The notes under the pieces: model-generated
The model's database searches: none
Seen by the model: only the letters and a program-made list of their open reading frames with translations
Told to the model about the DNA's origin: nothing
Source of the DNA: the human T2T-CHM13v2.0 reference genome, Homo sapiens
DNA: 64,000 nucleotides
Assembly: GCF_009914755.1 (NCBI RefSeq)
Contig: NC_060930.1
Direction: 5' to 3' (one strand)
Part shown: piece by piece, positions 15,080-30,675 of the stretch
How positions within the stretch are numbered: position 1 is the first letter of the stretch
Layout of the letters: each line of letters begins with the position of its first letter
Position numbers and translations under genes: made by a program

Positions 15080-15216
15080 GGCTGGGCATGATGGCTCACA
15101 CCTGCAATCTCAGCACTTTTGGGAGGTCAAGGCAGGAGGATCACTTGAGGCCAGGAGTTTGAGACCAAACTAGGTAACATAATGAGATTCCTGTCTCTAT
15201 AAAGAAAAAAAAAAAA
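15080..15216 (+). mobile_element. FLAM / Alu left monomer
   Basis: ggctgggcatgatggctcac...A tail; TSD ~agtaaatg. Confidence 0.85.
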
Positions 15217-15767
15217 GTAAATGGGTGGGTATAACAGTTTGTGTTTGAAACAAATGTTTGCTGAAATCACAGACTGAAACCCTAGACATTTTAAGGTAAT
15301 TCTTCCTGACATAGAGGTGAAAATACTGGAGTCTCAATTTAACCCTAAATGGTTAAATAGTGAATGTCCCATTTTGTGGGACAACTTTATAGCCAATACT
15401 ATGCCTCAGTGAGGCTTTCCTGTTGTATCAGTTACTAACCATTTAAAAATGTGATACTTATCAGCTTATAAGTAGATAAGCTTTTTTTTTTTTTTTATAA
15501 TGACTACTTTTGTAAAGATTAAAAGAAATAATGTATGTAGAATGCTTAGTACCAAGTACCATGCCTGGCATACAATAGGTATTCAGTAATATAATATGTT
15601 TTTTTTCTCAAACTCCCAGAGAGCTGAGGAAGCTTCCACTTTATCATTATGAACTTTCAGAAGAAATAACATCCTGTCTCCAAGTGTACCCTTGCTAAAA
15701 TATCCGCTAATTCTTTTGTAGAAGTTTGGAATTTCCTTGGTGATTTTAAACAAGATTTCCGCTCTCA

Positions 15768-16119
<352 letters not shown>

Positions 16120-17200
16120 GAATTAGTTCTGATCTCTTTCACCTCAAGGGTTCAATGAATCATGCGGAGGCCTTCCTGATATATGAGACAGATAGTTTTC
16201 TTTTGGATTTATGGGTGGGCAGCAGGTTTGCCTGAGCTACTAATACTGAGTAGGAATTGAGATGCCAGGTTGGAAAATGAAAACTTAAACCAAGTTATTG
16301 CTGGGCATAACTCAGGAGTATTGCATGCCTTTGGTTTGTCTTGATTAAATTCCAAGGTGATACAATCATCAGGCTATTAAAAATAATCATCTGACTATTA
16401 AAAATAATTAATTGCCTTGTTTTCTACTTAGCGGTATAATGGCTCCAGATTTGTAAGTTAGAATGCATTTTGCAATGGGACAATGAAACAGGGGCAATTG
16501 TTACTGTGATTTAATGTTTAGGGGGCAGGGCAGGTTGCCTGGCCACATCACCATGAGGCTTTTCAGGGAGTATTTCTTTGGATATGTGTAATTTTCCAAA
16601 CCCCAATAACTAGAAAAATAGACTTATTAACCTACTTGGCCAAAATAAAGTAAAACTATAACAAATATAAAAGTAGAGGTTTTGTAGATCACATTTCTTC
16701 ACCACAATCCAATTAAATTAGAAACCAATACTAAACATATGACCAGAAAATAACTACTTGAAAACTAAGAAACACTCTCCCAGATAAACCTTTGATCAAA
16801 GAGAAAATATAAGAGAAGCAAAAGGTTCTTTGGAGAGGAATAACAAAGTATACTTTATACCCAAATCTTTAAGGCATAGCATATACTCAAAACTTTACTT
16901 AGAAAAAAATTTATACCAGTAAATATCTTTATTATTCATGAAGAAGAGGACAGCAAAACACGTACCTGCCTCCAACACCTCATAAACAAAACAAACAACA
17001 TACACACAAGGTAGGAAGAAGGGATGATAAAGTTACAAGTGAGAATTAATGGAATAAGGAAAAAATGTAGGACAGTTAAATAAGACAAAATACTGGAAAA
17101 AGTATAAGAGCAAGAGTATAACAAGATTAGGAACAAGGAAACAAATGCATTACAGATGCATGAAAGATGGGAAGAATTATAAGAATTATACATGGACACT

Positions 17201-17418
17201 CCTGGCTAACACGGTGAAACCCCGTCTCTACTAAAAAAATACAAAAACAAAAACAAAATTAGCCGGGCGTGGTGGCGGGCACCTGTAGTCCCAGCTACTT
17301 GGGAGGCTGAGGCGGGAGAATAGCATGAACCCGGGAGGTGGAGCTTTCAATGAGTGAGATTGCGCCACTGCACTCCAGCCTGGGCAACAAAGTGAGACTC
17401 CGTCTCAAAAAAAAAAAA
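17201..17418 (+). mobile_element. AluY, 5'-truncated
   Basis: cctggctaacacggtgaaacc...gaacccgggaggtggagctt. Confidence 0.9.
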
Positions 17419-17836
<418 letters not shown>

Positions 17837-18787
17837 TTACTGTAGAAGTCCCAGCCTCTTTGTGTCCCATTTGATATTTGCTCTGAGTTTCTTATTTTTA
17901 AGGAAGTATTATGTTAACAAGGCATTAAAATAAGATGGGATGGTGGCTCTCCACTTTGTATACCGGGTTTTGCTGTGGTCTCTTCTAGTGGTGTGTAAGG
18001 TGCTTGTGTTGTGAAGAGTAATTTTACTTGTGTTTAAATTTGAAAGGTGATGCATATAACCCTGCTTTCCCCCCATTTCTCTTTCAATGCAAGTTAACTT
18101 ACACCTCCCTTTAAAGAACAGCATGCCAAGAACTGGCTGATAAAATGAAATATGTTCCTACCCTGGTGGCTGAGGACAGCCAACTCCTTCCAGTCTAGAT
18201 GATGCTGGGAGAAGTACTTGATGCTGCTACCTCTGTGAGCTACTTGGTATACCAGTCAGTTGTACCATGGTCCCCAGAGGGACCTGCAGAAAGCTGGAAG
18301 TGGCCAGGCTGACTTGGTGGGTCAATTGAAAGTGTGTAAAGTCTGAATGCTCTTGGTATATGGTTTTGCCATTTTTGTATGGTGTAAATCTATAACTATT
18401 GTTTTAACATTTATTTTGGAACAGTCCCTTTTGTCAGGAAATGAGCTAAAAAAGTGAAAGTTTAATAAAAAAATAAGTAGCAAATTTCTGTTTCTCAAGG
18501 ATGTTGGTGATGAATGTGTGATTCACAAATCTACTGAAGCTGCATCAATGTCTACTTCAAAAGTTTGTAATTGTTTTTAAGAATACTTTGCCCAAAGACA
18601 ATGATTTAACACGTGTGGGCTGCAGGAGGTGTCATTTTATTTCATTTTGTGAAGCATGACTTTTCATTTAAATCAAATGACTCTTCTAAATAGATTTTCG
18701 CCATTTTCAATTTTAAGTTTTCTTATGAATATATAAAAAGTGAAGTAATAGCTGTTAATGTGTTTTGCTCCATTAGCAGAAAAGGAA

Positions 18788-18921
18788 TTTTTTTTTTTTT
18801 CTATAGTGACGAGGTCTTACTGTGTTGCCCAGATTGGCATTGAACTCCTGGACTCAACTAATTCCCCCGCTTTGGTTTACCAAAGAGCTGGGATTACAGG
18901 TGTGAGCCACCATGCTTGGCC
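18788..18921 (-). mobile_element. FLAM/AluJ monomer
   Basis: Left-arm sequence; flanks ggaattttt on both sides. Confidence 0.8.
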
Positions 18922-18924
18922 TGG

Positions 18925-18926
<2 letters not shown>

Positions 18927-18961
<35 letters not shown>

Positions 18962-19208
18962 AGACAGTGTCTCACTCTGTCGCACAGGCTGGAGTGCAGT
19001 GGCACGATCTTGGCTCACTGCAACCACCACCTCCCGGGTTCAAGCAGTTCTTTGCCTCAGCCTCCGAAGTAGCTGGGATTATAAGTGCCCCCCACCACGA
19101 CTGGCTAATTTTTGTATTTTTAGTAGAGATGGGGTTTCGCCATCTTGGCCATGCTGATCTTGAATTCCTGACCTCGTGATCCACCTGCCTCGGCCTCCCA
19201 AAGTGTTG
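18927..19208 (-). mobile_element. AluS (Sg/Sc-like), 5'-truncated
   Basis: T34 tail, gacctcgtgatcc. Confidence 0.9.
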
Positions 19209-19989
19209 TTTGTTTGTTTGTTTTGTTTTTTTAATCAAGATACATGTTGGGGAGATTTATTGTAAATCAATCGATGAGACATATGACTCATACTCAGGGA
19301 TGTTACTGGAACTGGCTTTTTGGATCTTGCCATCACTAGAGGTAATGCTTGATTTTTTCACTGACCATAGAGATGTTTCAAAATCAGTGACATAAGCTGC
19401 ACTCTATGTCCACTGAGGCCAACTGCAGCAACAAATGTATTGAAGTATTCAGTCCAGGGCAAAGATGCATGTTCCTCCGGCTTTTACTTTTGCTGTAAGG
19501 GCAGAAGTAAAGAAACATTTATTTTGGCTAACATAAAGTCATTATAAATGAAGCAGGAGGGCCGTGGAGGATAAAGAGCAGTAGCCTGACAATATTAGTG
19601 GGGAAATTAAGAAATGGTGTGTGCTTCATGTCGGCAGAGGTGCCATGAGCAGGATTCACATGTGCATCCATTGTGGTCATTTCTGGACTACCTGGTGGGA
19701 ATCCTTGGAGAGGGGACTCCTCTCCAAGTGCATGAAATTGTTGAGCCCTGAGTGCCATAGTGAGACAAAAATGGAGCATAAGCAACACTGACAGGCTTCA
19801 GGTTCAAGTCGACGACAAAGAAACAATTGGAATACACTGTAAAGGCAGGCCATCCAACCTAGATTTCCCCTCAGTGAAGAAATCCCTTTCATTGTGTCCT
19901 GGAAAAAAGTACAATCAGTAGGATAGCCCCGTGGAAGCTTAATGTCAATCTATGGATTGGCTTCATCACAAACTTCCTAGGAAGCTTTA

Positions 19990-20365
<376 letters not shown>

Positions 20366-20489
20366 GGAGCAAGGTGAGCAGAGAATGGGAATGATGAAAT
20401 GACCCAGATTTGGGGATTGGAGTGACGATGGAAGATTAAGGAATTAAAGGATTGTAGGATGCTAAATTCCAATCCCCAAATGGGAAGAG

Positions 20490-20678
20490 AAAAACATATT
20501 TACTATTGATTAAGTGGAAGTGGATCATCATAAAGGTCTTCATTCTTGTGGTCTTCATGTTGAGTAGGTTGAGGAGTGACAGATTGGTCTTGCTGTCTCA
20601 GGGGTGGCAGAGGTAGAAGAAAATCCACACATAAATGGACCCATGCAGCTCAAACCTGTGTTGTTCAGGGTCAACTGT
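20490..20678 (+). mobile_element. Tigger3-family (TcMar) 3' fragment
   Basis: aagtggaagtggatcatcataaaggtcttc...caaacctgtgttgttcagggtcaactg-ta. Confidence 0.75.
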
Positions 20679-20697
20679 AATTCAATATAAAAATAGA

Positions 20698-20860
20698 TTT
20701 TTTTTTTTTTTTTTTTTTTTTGAGACGGAGTCTCACTCTGTCACCCAGGCTGGAGTGCAGTGGCGCAATCTCAGCTCACTGCAACCTCCGCCTCCTGGGT
20801 TCAAGCGATTCTCATGCCTCAGACTCCCAAGATTACAGGTGGGCGCCACCATGTCTGGCT
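20698..20860 (-). mobile_element. Alu right arm (truncated)
   Basis: T tail plus gagacggagtctcactctg. Confidence 0.85.
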
Positions 20861-21065
20861 AAAAAATAGGAATATTAATAATATATTTAGTATAATTTTC
20901 CCCAAGCTTGCTAGATACTGGAGCACTGAAGATAGAGTATGTTCTCAATTACAATTATTATTTACAGAAAAGAGTCAATTGAAGGTGTCACAATTTCAAA
21001 TTTATTAACTATGAAATGTACCTTTGAAGAAGATTACAGGAATATTTAGTAAATTAAAGATATTG

Positions 21066-21390
21066 ACCAGGCGGCAGTGGCTCATGCCTGTAATCCCAGC
21101 ACTTTGAGAGGCCAAAGTGAGAGAACCGCATGAGGCCAGGAGAAGTTCAAGACCAGCCTGGGCAACGTAGTGAGACCTTGTTTCTTACAAAACAAGAACA
21201 ACAACAAAACAATTCAAAAATTAGCCAGACATGGTGGCATGTGATCATAGTCCTAGTTACTACAGAGGCTGAGATGGCAGGATCTCTTGAGCCCAGGAGT
21301 TTGAGGCTGCACTAAGCTATGATCTTGCTACTGTACTCCAGCCTGGACAATAGATGGAGATCCTATCTCTAAAAAATAACAATTAAAAAA
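21066..21390 (+). mobile_element. AluJ
   Basis: Dimeric Alu, gagcccaggagtttgaggctgc. Confidence 0.88.
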
Positions 21391-21440
21391 TGAAAGATAT
21401 CATATTGAAAGTATAACATTCTTCATAAAAATAGCAATGA

Positions 21441-21906
<466 letters not shown>

Positions 21907-21954
21907 CCTTGTTATGTTTTTAATATAAACATTAATCAATATAAAAATATTTTA

Positions 21955-22202
21955 GGTTGGGTGTGGTGGCTCATGCCTGTAATCCCAGTGCTTTGGGAGG
22001 TCGAGGTGGGAGTATTTCTTGAGACCAGCCTCGGTAATACAGTGGGACCCCATCTCTACAAAAAATTTAAAAAATTAGCTGGGCATGGTGGCATGTGCCT
22101 GTAGTCCTAAGGCTGGAGAATTGTTCAACGCTGCAGTAAGATATGATTCCACCACTGCACTTCAGACTGGGCAACAGAATGAGACCCCATCTCTTAAAAA
22201 AC
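21955..22202 (+). mobile_element. AluJ with internal deletions
   Basis: ggttgggtgtggtggctcatg...gagaccccatctc. Confidence 0.85.
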
Positions 22203-22409
22203 AAGTTTAAGAAAAGTTTTATTTTTGAAGATCATTTTTGAACTATTTTATTAGTCCAACAATACAATAAAACCAATTATTTTGTCAATTAGTGTATATT
22301 TTAAAAGTTCCATCATTTCCATTATTTATTAGCATCTTCTTTCATTGTCAAAGTGTCCTGGTTTGAATGAGAAATTTATGGTCATTCTGTCTTTAAAAGT
22401 CAGATAATT

Positions 22410-23848
22410 ACAATGTTATTCAACCTATCCCAGATTATAGAAAAAAATAAGTATTCCCCCAATTTGCTTTATGAAGCCAGCATATCTTGAATACCAGTAT
22501 AGGATAATACAATATGATCAAGAAAGTATTATTCCAGGAATATGAAATTGGTTTCATATCAGAAAATCCAGCCACTTAGTCCATTATATAAAAACTATAA
22601 AAGATTAGTAATATTGATTGTATCAATAGTCTCTGAAAGCCATCTGATGAAGTTCTATTCCTAATAAAGTACTATTCCTAACAAAACTCTTAAGGAGGAA
22701 TAGAAGGAAATTACTTAAACGTAATAAAGACTGTTTGTGAAAAAACTAGCAAACTTCATTATAAATGATGAACTATTAAAACAATTACATAAGAATCTAG
22801 ATAGGAAAGCCTATGATCAGTTTTTTTAAATTTATCATTACCTTTGGTGTTCTAACAAATGCAACAAGACAAAAAGTTGTGTTTTTGATATATTTACTGG
22901 AAAATAAAAAATAAAAGCATCTTTTTTTGTTGTTGTTGCTGACATGATTGTGCACATACCACCAAACATGAGACTAAATTTAAAAAGCCACTCTAGTAGA
23001 ATTGGTAAAATATTTGGGAAAATGGCTGGATGCAAGATAAATATATGAATTGAAATCTTCTGTTTTACCAGTGGGCACTAAGAAATGGGGATATGTGTTC
23101 CCTTAAATGATATGATAAAACTCTAAAAATAAACAATATAAAGTTCTTGCAATTCAGAATAGAATAGCAACTTAGTGTTAAAAAATTACATAAAATGACT
23201 ATAAAGTTTTATATTGTCAAATGCCCTATTCAAGAAAAGTATGAAAAATAAGAATGCTATAAAGTCACTGTAATCAAGATAGTATTGGCTTAGCAATACA
23301 CAAACATTAGAACAGAATAGATTCAAAAATAGTTGCTTCAGAGTAGATAAATCAGAATACAGATAATATTTGATACATATTGTGGTCCAATTCAGTGGAA
23401 AAATCATGAGTTAACAAATTATTCTGGCATAGGTAGTTCTCTATCTGGTTAAAATACAACAGGACTCATCATAAATGATACAAAGTGAATTCCCTGATGG
23501 ATGAAAAACAAATTTAACAAATTACCATTTCACAGGAAAATCCAGAAAAACACACATGTACAAGCTAAAGCTTAGGAAACCTTTTAAAGGATGGAAAACC
23601 CAGGAACTATATAAGAAAAGGAATAAATATCAGATATATGCAGTCAAAACCCATTGTGTGGCAGCAGTAATGTTAAATCAATAGACATCAGCTATGTCTG
23701 GAAAAAGTATTTGTAAAATATACTGCAGGAAAAGTACTATTAACAATAATTTACAAAGAGCTCTTATAAATTGACAGGAAAAAATTTAAGCTGTACTAAA
23801 ACAAAATGGATAGAGGGAATAAATAGATGGTTCACAGAGTTAAGATAG

Positions 23849-23898
<50 letters not shown>

Positions 23899-23960
23899 CA
23901 TACATAGTCTGATGAAGGAGCACAGAGAAAAATGCAAATGGTTAGAAGACCCCCTAGGAA
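22410..23960 (+). mobile_element. Ancient L1M ORF2 3' fragments
   Basis: tttatgaagccagcatatcttgaatacca, tgctgacatgattgt, gctggatgcaagataaatat resemble L1 RT. Confidence 0.7.
23850..23896. repeat. (GT)~23 microsatellite
   Basis: Direct reading. Confidence 0.97.
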
Positions 23961-25779
23961 AATAGGTGAGTGAGGAGCTGATGTGAATAGAAAGTAAAAA
24001 AAAAATATGTATGATGACACTCTTCTTGCAGGACTGTTGAAGGAGATGGGCATGTAAACAATGAGAGTGCTTTATACGTGCCACAGAAGAGGAATACAGG
24101 AAGCTGGGCTGGAGGAGGGAGGAAAAGACTGTGCATTGGAGTGGAGATGACCCTGGGCAAGGTGTTTTTCTTCACTATTGGCCTTCTGAGATAATTCCTT
24201 GCATCTGGGGACATGGTGACTTTCATGAGATTAGCATGGTTTTGTTGATCAGGCGTAATAAGAATTTAAAAGTTATTTTCGAGACCCTTGGAAAAAGGTG
24301 CTTTGCAAAGACATGTCACTTGACTGTGATGATTGCTTATTTAAACCCACGGTCATGTGTTTAATCTGAATGTGACTCCTTTTCAGGGGAATGAGAAAGA
24401 TCGATTTTAGGACTGCTGATATGTAAGAAGGACCTCTCCGAGGTTCCTTTTTGTTGGAGATGTAAACGTGGTGGCACACAGAGTCTGTGGTTGTTGCTGC
24501 ACAGACTAAGGCATGAGATGTTTCTCGAGGGCTGTCCTGTGACATGTGCTGTGGGGAGATGTATTGAAACAACAGCCAACCCTCTTGAGACATATTCTCA
24601 AGGTATAGGTATGGAGGGTATAGAGGGTGGCAGGTACCCAGTAGTAACTGTAGAAGGGAAATAGACTTTGCCAGCATAGGGGATATTGTGTCTCCTGTAG
24701 GATCCAGGACAGGGTCCCTCCCCCTTGAGGTACCTGCATTTATTTCCCCATGCAGTGGTTCTCTGCTCCTCTCCATACTCCATCCATCCCTGGCTTCCAT
24801 GTTTTCACTTTTGTTTCTTTGATCTGTTGCAGATGGTAGTGTTTGTTAACTCTGTCTGGTTTCCTGGTTTCATTGGGGACTTGGTGATTCACTATTTTGC
24901 GGGAAGAGGGAGGAGATGGGGAAAGGAGAAGGTGGAGAAAAGAAGGACGTGACATTTCTGTCATAGAGAAAACAAGTTTTTAAGGTGCCTTTCAAAATAA
25001 AGTCCTGCTGGAAAGTTAACATCTATAATATTCCTACCTGTGACTAATTTGGTGTCTGTAGGGTGGAGTCTGAATTCCAAGAATTGAGTTCCCCATCTGT
25101 TAAGCCAAGAAGTAATTTGAATCTTAATTCAGGGCAGTCCTCTGTGTCAATGCTGGATGCAAATGCACAGTACGAAGTGCTTCATTTCCTGTAAACTAGT
25201 TAATACATTGGCTGTGGTGATGACTATGGGAACACTGGGGATTTTTTCCCCCCAAAATTGATTGTCTTATGCAGGAATTTGGAGGTGACAGTAATAGCAG
25301 GATTACCGTAAACCTTGCAAACATAAGGATTATCAAGACAATTTCTTCTGACTCTCTAGTGGAGAATTTTAATTCAGGGCTAGTGCAGAATCATTTTTTT
25401 CTGGAGAGAGTGAGGTGCTGAACTCCACGATCTCATTGGTCCTTAACCCTAACTTGCTAGTGGTGTCATATAGGATATGAGAGTCCTGGACGACAGAATC
25501 CCGTGGAGTCTTGATCTCTCATTCAGCTCTCTATCCTGAGTCATTATGGGCTCTCATGTGGAATAATGGCAATGGCAGTTGGACATGATTCTGTTTTTTT
25601 CTTGTTGGGTCCCAGTTGGTTTTGACTTGCTCTGTAAAGCGTTGAGATACTTCATGTTAAGTATGAAATATAACCAAGATGACATGTCTCAAGTTTTGTG
25701 AAACTTATGTTATCATACTACATGACTGGATGTATGTCCTATATGTGTATGTCCTATATATGTGTATGTAACTGGATGA

Positions 25780-26106
<327 letters not shown>

Positions 26107-26854
26107 CACAGTTTCACTTTCTATGTAGTTCGATATCTGTTCTTTGACTGCTGTGCTACCCTGAATACATCTCTGGCATAGTTTCTATCATACTATTTTG
26201 TAATAGTCTTATTTTGTATTATCTTAAGCTTAGTTCTAGATGTGAAACACTCAATAATGCTGAACGAATAAGATCCACCCCATTAGATGCAATAGAAAAA
26301 TGCAAATTAAATTGTAGCTGTTTGGAAATGAGAAATGACCAAACTGTCAGAACACCATGACCTTTGCCTTATATCTGTTCCTGTGGAGAGAGATCTGCAT
26401 CTATTGCAGAAGCTGGTTTCCCAGTACTTGCATTCTTATAGCTGATTTATTGAGACCGAACAAACCATTAAAAAAATTATGTTTTAACCACAGGATGTAA
26501 GGAAGATGTAAAGTCTAAGGTATGTGTTTCTAACGTAGGTACTAAGGTAGAATAGAAGGATAATATCAAGAACAACTCTAGACTTTTCTTTATTGATTAA
26601 AGAGAATAATTTTCCAAAGAAGAAATTCTACTTGTTGATTCTTATATAGGGGTAGAATGCACTTTATAATATATACCTATTATATGTTATATATTATGTA
26701 GTAGATACATATTATTTCAGTATCTTACACATATATAGGATCTGTAAATTATATTTATTTTTTGGCCTCACATGCAGGGAAAACTTTAAGTATGTTTTAG
26801 ATTTATTTTGATTTGCTTTTATATGACTTTAGGTATATTATCAGTTAATACAAT

Positions 26855-27216
26855 TTTTTTTTTTTTTTGAGACAGAGTCTTGCTTTGTTGCCCAGGCTGG
26901 AGTGCAGTGGTGCGTGATCACGGCTCACTGCAACCTCTGCCTCCTGGTTCAAACAATTTTCCTGCCTCAGATTCCTGAGTAGCTGGGATTACAGGCATGT
27001 GCCACCATACCTGGCTAATTTTTGTATTTTTAGTAGAGATAAGGTTTCACCATGTTGGCCAGGCTGGACTTGAACGCCTGACCTCAAATGATTCACCTGC
27101 CTTAGCCTCCCAAAGTGCTAGGATTACAGGCGTGAGCCATTGGCCAGGCTGGTCTTGAACTCCTGACCTCAAATGATTCACCTGCCTTGGCCTCCCAAAG
27201 TGCTAGGATTACAGGC
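26855..27216 (-). mobile_element. AluS with internal tandem duplication of the left arm
   Basis: 27055-27131 repeated at 27140-27216. Confidence 0.92.
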
Positions 27217-27351
27217 ACAATCTCTGGTGAACAATTTGTAATATGTCATTGCTCAGAAAGTTAAAAAATATTTTTGTAGATTGTAGTGTCTGGATTTTAC
27301 ATTTCAGTTTGAAATATGAAATGTTACATTTACTTATTTTTTTAAAAAATA

Positions 27352-27654
<303 letters not shown>

Positions 27655-27838
27655 TACCTTTATTTTTGTAGTATAAAATAAGCAATTTTTTCTTAGACTT
27701 GTTTGAGGGCTCCTTTTTTTTACCTACCCTTTAAATACTGATGTTCTTTTGGGTTCTCTTTTTTTAACCCTTTCTTTTCCTTCCCCTTTCCCTTTCTTAG
27801 ATAAATAACACTGACTGAGTTCCTAATGTGTATCAGGC

Positions 27839-27900
27839 CAGGACCATGGTGTACAGCTGAGCAGGTTGTGCAGTACACAATTCCAGGAGCTGCCAGTCAC
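27839..27900 (+). mobile_element. MER91-like hAT-Tip100 fragment
   Basis: caggttgtgcagtacacaattccaggag. Confidence 0.5.
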
Positions 27901-27959
27901 TGCCTCCACCCCAACCACCACCCTGGCCCATCAAGATTTGTATCGTGCAGGCATCTCCG

Positions 27960-28145
27960 TGTATCAGGCACTTTGGTAGCTACTTAAAAAAACCACTTTT
28001 ACCCTCACAACAGCCTATGAGATGAATGTCATCATTCTTATTTTATAGATGAGAAAACTGAGTTTCGGGTATATTAAATAACTTCATTAAGGTTACATAA
28101 TAATGAGTGGGTAGTGGAGTTTGCCAAGGTCCAAATCCTCTGCTT
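27960..28145 (-). mobile_element. MIR
   Basis: cctcacaacagcctatgagatg...ttttatagatgagaaaactgag. Confidence 0.8.
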
Positions 28146-28415
28146 CCCTCTATAGCATGTGGGTTGTCTTAGCTTTTGGTAATCTCATCTATGGCCACCA
28201 CCTAAATGATGGCAATTCCCAAATGACTCTCCACCCTAGATCTCTCTCTGTTGATAGCCTACTGGTCAGTTTTTCCAGTATGCCCCAGAGGCACTTCTGA
28301 TTCTATAGATCTTAATTTGAATTATCATGGTTTCCTTACCATCACTTCTCTTTTATTCCCCCTCTTAGTGGTGCCAGCAGTTGGGGCTATTCTTTTTCTC
28401 TTATCCCCCTGCATC

Positions 28416-28815
28416 TGATATAGTTTTGATGTGTGTCCCTGCCCAAATCTCATATTGAAATGTAATCCTCATTGTTGGAGGTGGGGCCTGGTAGGAGGTG
28501 ATTGCATCGTGGGGGCAAATTTCTCACGAATGGTTTAGCACCATCTCCCTAGGTACTGTCCTGGGGATAGTGAGTTCTTGTGAGAGCTGGTCGTTTAAAG
28601 GTGTGTAGCACCGCCTCCCTCCCCCCTCCCCCCGAAACGCTCTCTTGCACCTACTTTGACCATGTGACAGGCCTCTCCAGAGGGCCAAACAGATGCCAGC
28701 ATCATGCTTAAAGCCTATAAAGCCTGCAGTACTGTGAGCCAATTAAATCTCTTTTCTTTATAAGTTACCCAGTTTCAGGTATTTCTTTATAGCAATGTGA
28801 GAATGGACTAATATA
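28416..28815 (+). mobile_element. MST-family (MSTA/MSTB) solo LTR inside an L2
   Basis: tgatatagttttgatgtgtgtccc...ggactaatata; TSD gcatc/acatc. Confidence 0.88.
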
Positions 28816-29073
28816 ACATCCAATCAGATACCAAGTTCCATCACTTCTGTTTCTGAAATCTCTCTCCATTGGTTCCCTTCCTTTGCATGGCAGTTGTCAC
28901 TGCATTAGCTCAGACCCTCATTCATTTATTCTGGATGTATCAGCTCTGTCTGAATTATGAAAAATTTCACCTAGAGTCTCATGTCTAACCCTTTGTTTTA
29001 GCTGTTTGCTCAGCCTGGTTTACCCTTCTCTACCACACCTATTGGGCTACTTGAAGACATAGATTTAAATCAC

Positions 29074-29484
29074 TGATATGGTTTGGATCTGTGTCCCCAG
29101 CCAAATCTCGTGGTCGAATTGTAATCCCCGATGTTGGAGGTGGGGCCTGGTGGGAGGTAATTGGACCATAGGGACAGAGTTCTCATAAATGGTTTAGCAC
29201 TATCTCCTGGTGCTGTTTTTTGTGACAATAAGTTCTTGAGAGACCTAGTTGTTTAAACATGTGTGGCATTTCCCTGCCCCACCCCGCCTTGCTTCTGTTC
29301 CAGTCACGTAAGACATGCGTGCCTGCTTCCCCTTCACCTTCTACCATGATTGTAACCTCCCTGAGGGCTCCCCAGCCATGCTTCCTGTGCAGCTGCAGAA
29401 CCATGAGCCAATTGAACTTCTTTTCTTTATAAATTACCCAGTTTCAGTTATTTCTTTATAGCAATGTGAGAACAGATTAATATA
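29074..29484 (+). mobile_element. MSTA-like solo LTR inside the same L2 (~28190-29775)
   Basis: tgatatggtttggatctgtgtcccc...attaatata; perfect TSD atcac. Confidence 0.9.
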
Positions 29485-30379
29485 ATCACCTTCTCAGAGA
29501 AGACTTGATTCTTTTCATCAACTCCTTTCCTTTAAATTCTTCTTCTCTGTGCTCCCAATAGCACATCATGCTTAAGTCTATCATATCACACATTATGTAT
29601 CACTCACACATTGGGTACAACTATCAGTACCCTGATAATTGATTTGCTTGTCTTACTCCTTCCCTGGATTGAGAGGTCTTTGAGGACAGGGAGACCATGT
29701 CTAATATCATTATCTTAATACAACCTAGCAGATTGTCTGGGAGGAAATCAATAAATGCTCCAGAGAATGAATATCCATTCACACTGTAGACTCCTTAGGA
29801 AGATCTGAGAGAGTTTGTTCACATAATATTATAGCATTCAACGTGTTTATTTAGTCTTATTAAATTTTGACTGCAATTTAAAAAAAATTTGCATAGTTGC
29901 ATGGTTGAAAATAATCAGTGGTGATGTTACTCAGTTGTGCAAAATATTTGGGATAATAGGCAGCACTATTCGTGCTTATGTTCTCATTCATATTGGCAGC
30001 AGCTTCTTCCCTTATCCTGTTAACAAGAGATTATAATTTATGAATGGTAATTTGAAAAGTGGACTCTGTGTTGAACTTTGGTTTAAGGCTCAGGAGATTT
30101 GCATCAACACCAATGAATAAACTAACCTCTTAGAGGTTGCTTTTTATCTTTCCTAGTTCCTATCCACCAAAATGGTCACTATACCAAGAAAATTCCTTGA
30201 AATAGATTATCTCAGAACCTAAGCCATTGCTAAATCTGAAGGTTGGACTTCCTTTGGGATGGTTTTCATTTACATTCACCTTCCTCATGTAACTCAGATT
30301 TAGGTCTCATTCTAGCTTGGCCTGTGTCTGGTTTGGGCCAATCTCTTAAATCTTCCTGGACATCAGTTTCCTTATTTTT

Positions 30380-30675
<296 letters not shown>

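Noticed and set aside
24273-24800. 175-aa minus-strand ORF
   Set aside because: No recognisable domain, promoter or splice context; the composition looks non-coding. Not excluded without Ribo-seq.
28416-29484. LTR-internal-LTR provirus
   Set aside because: The two LTRs differ, each has its own 5-bp TSD, and the spacer is L2-like.
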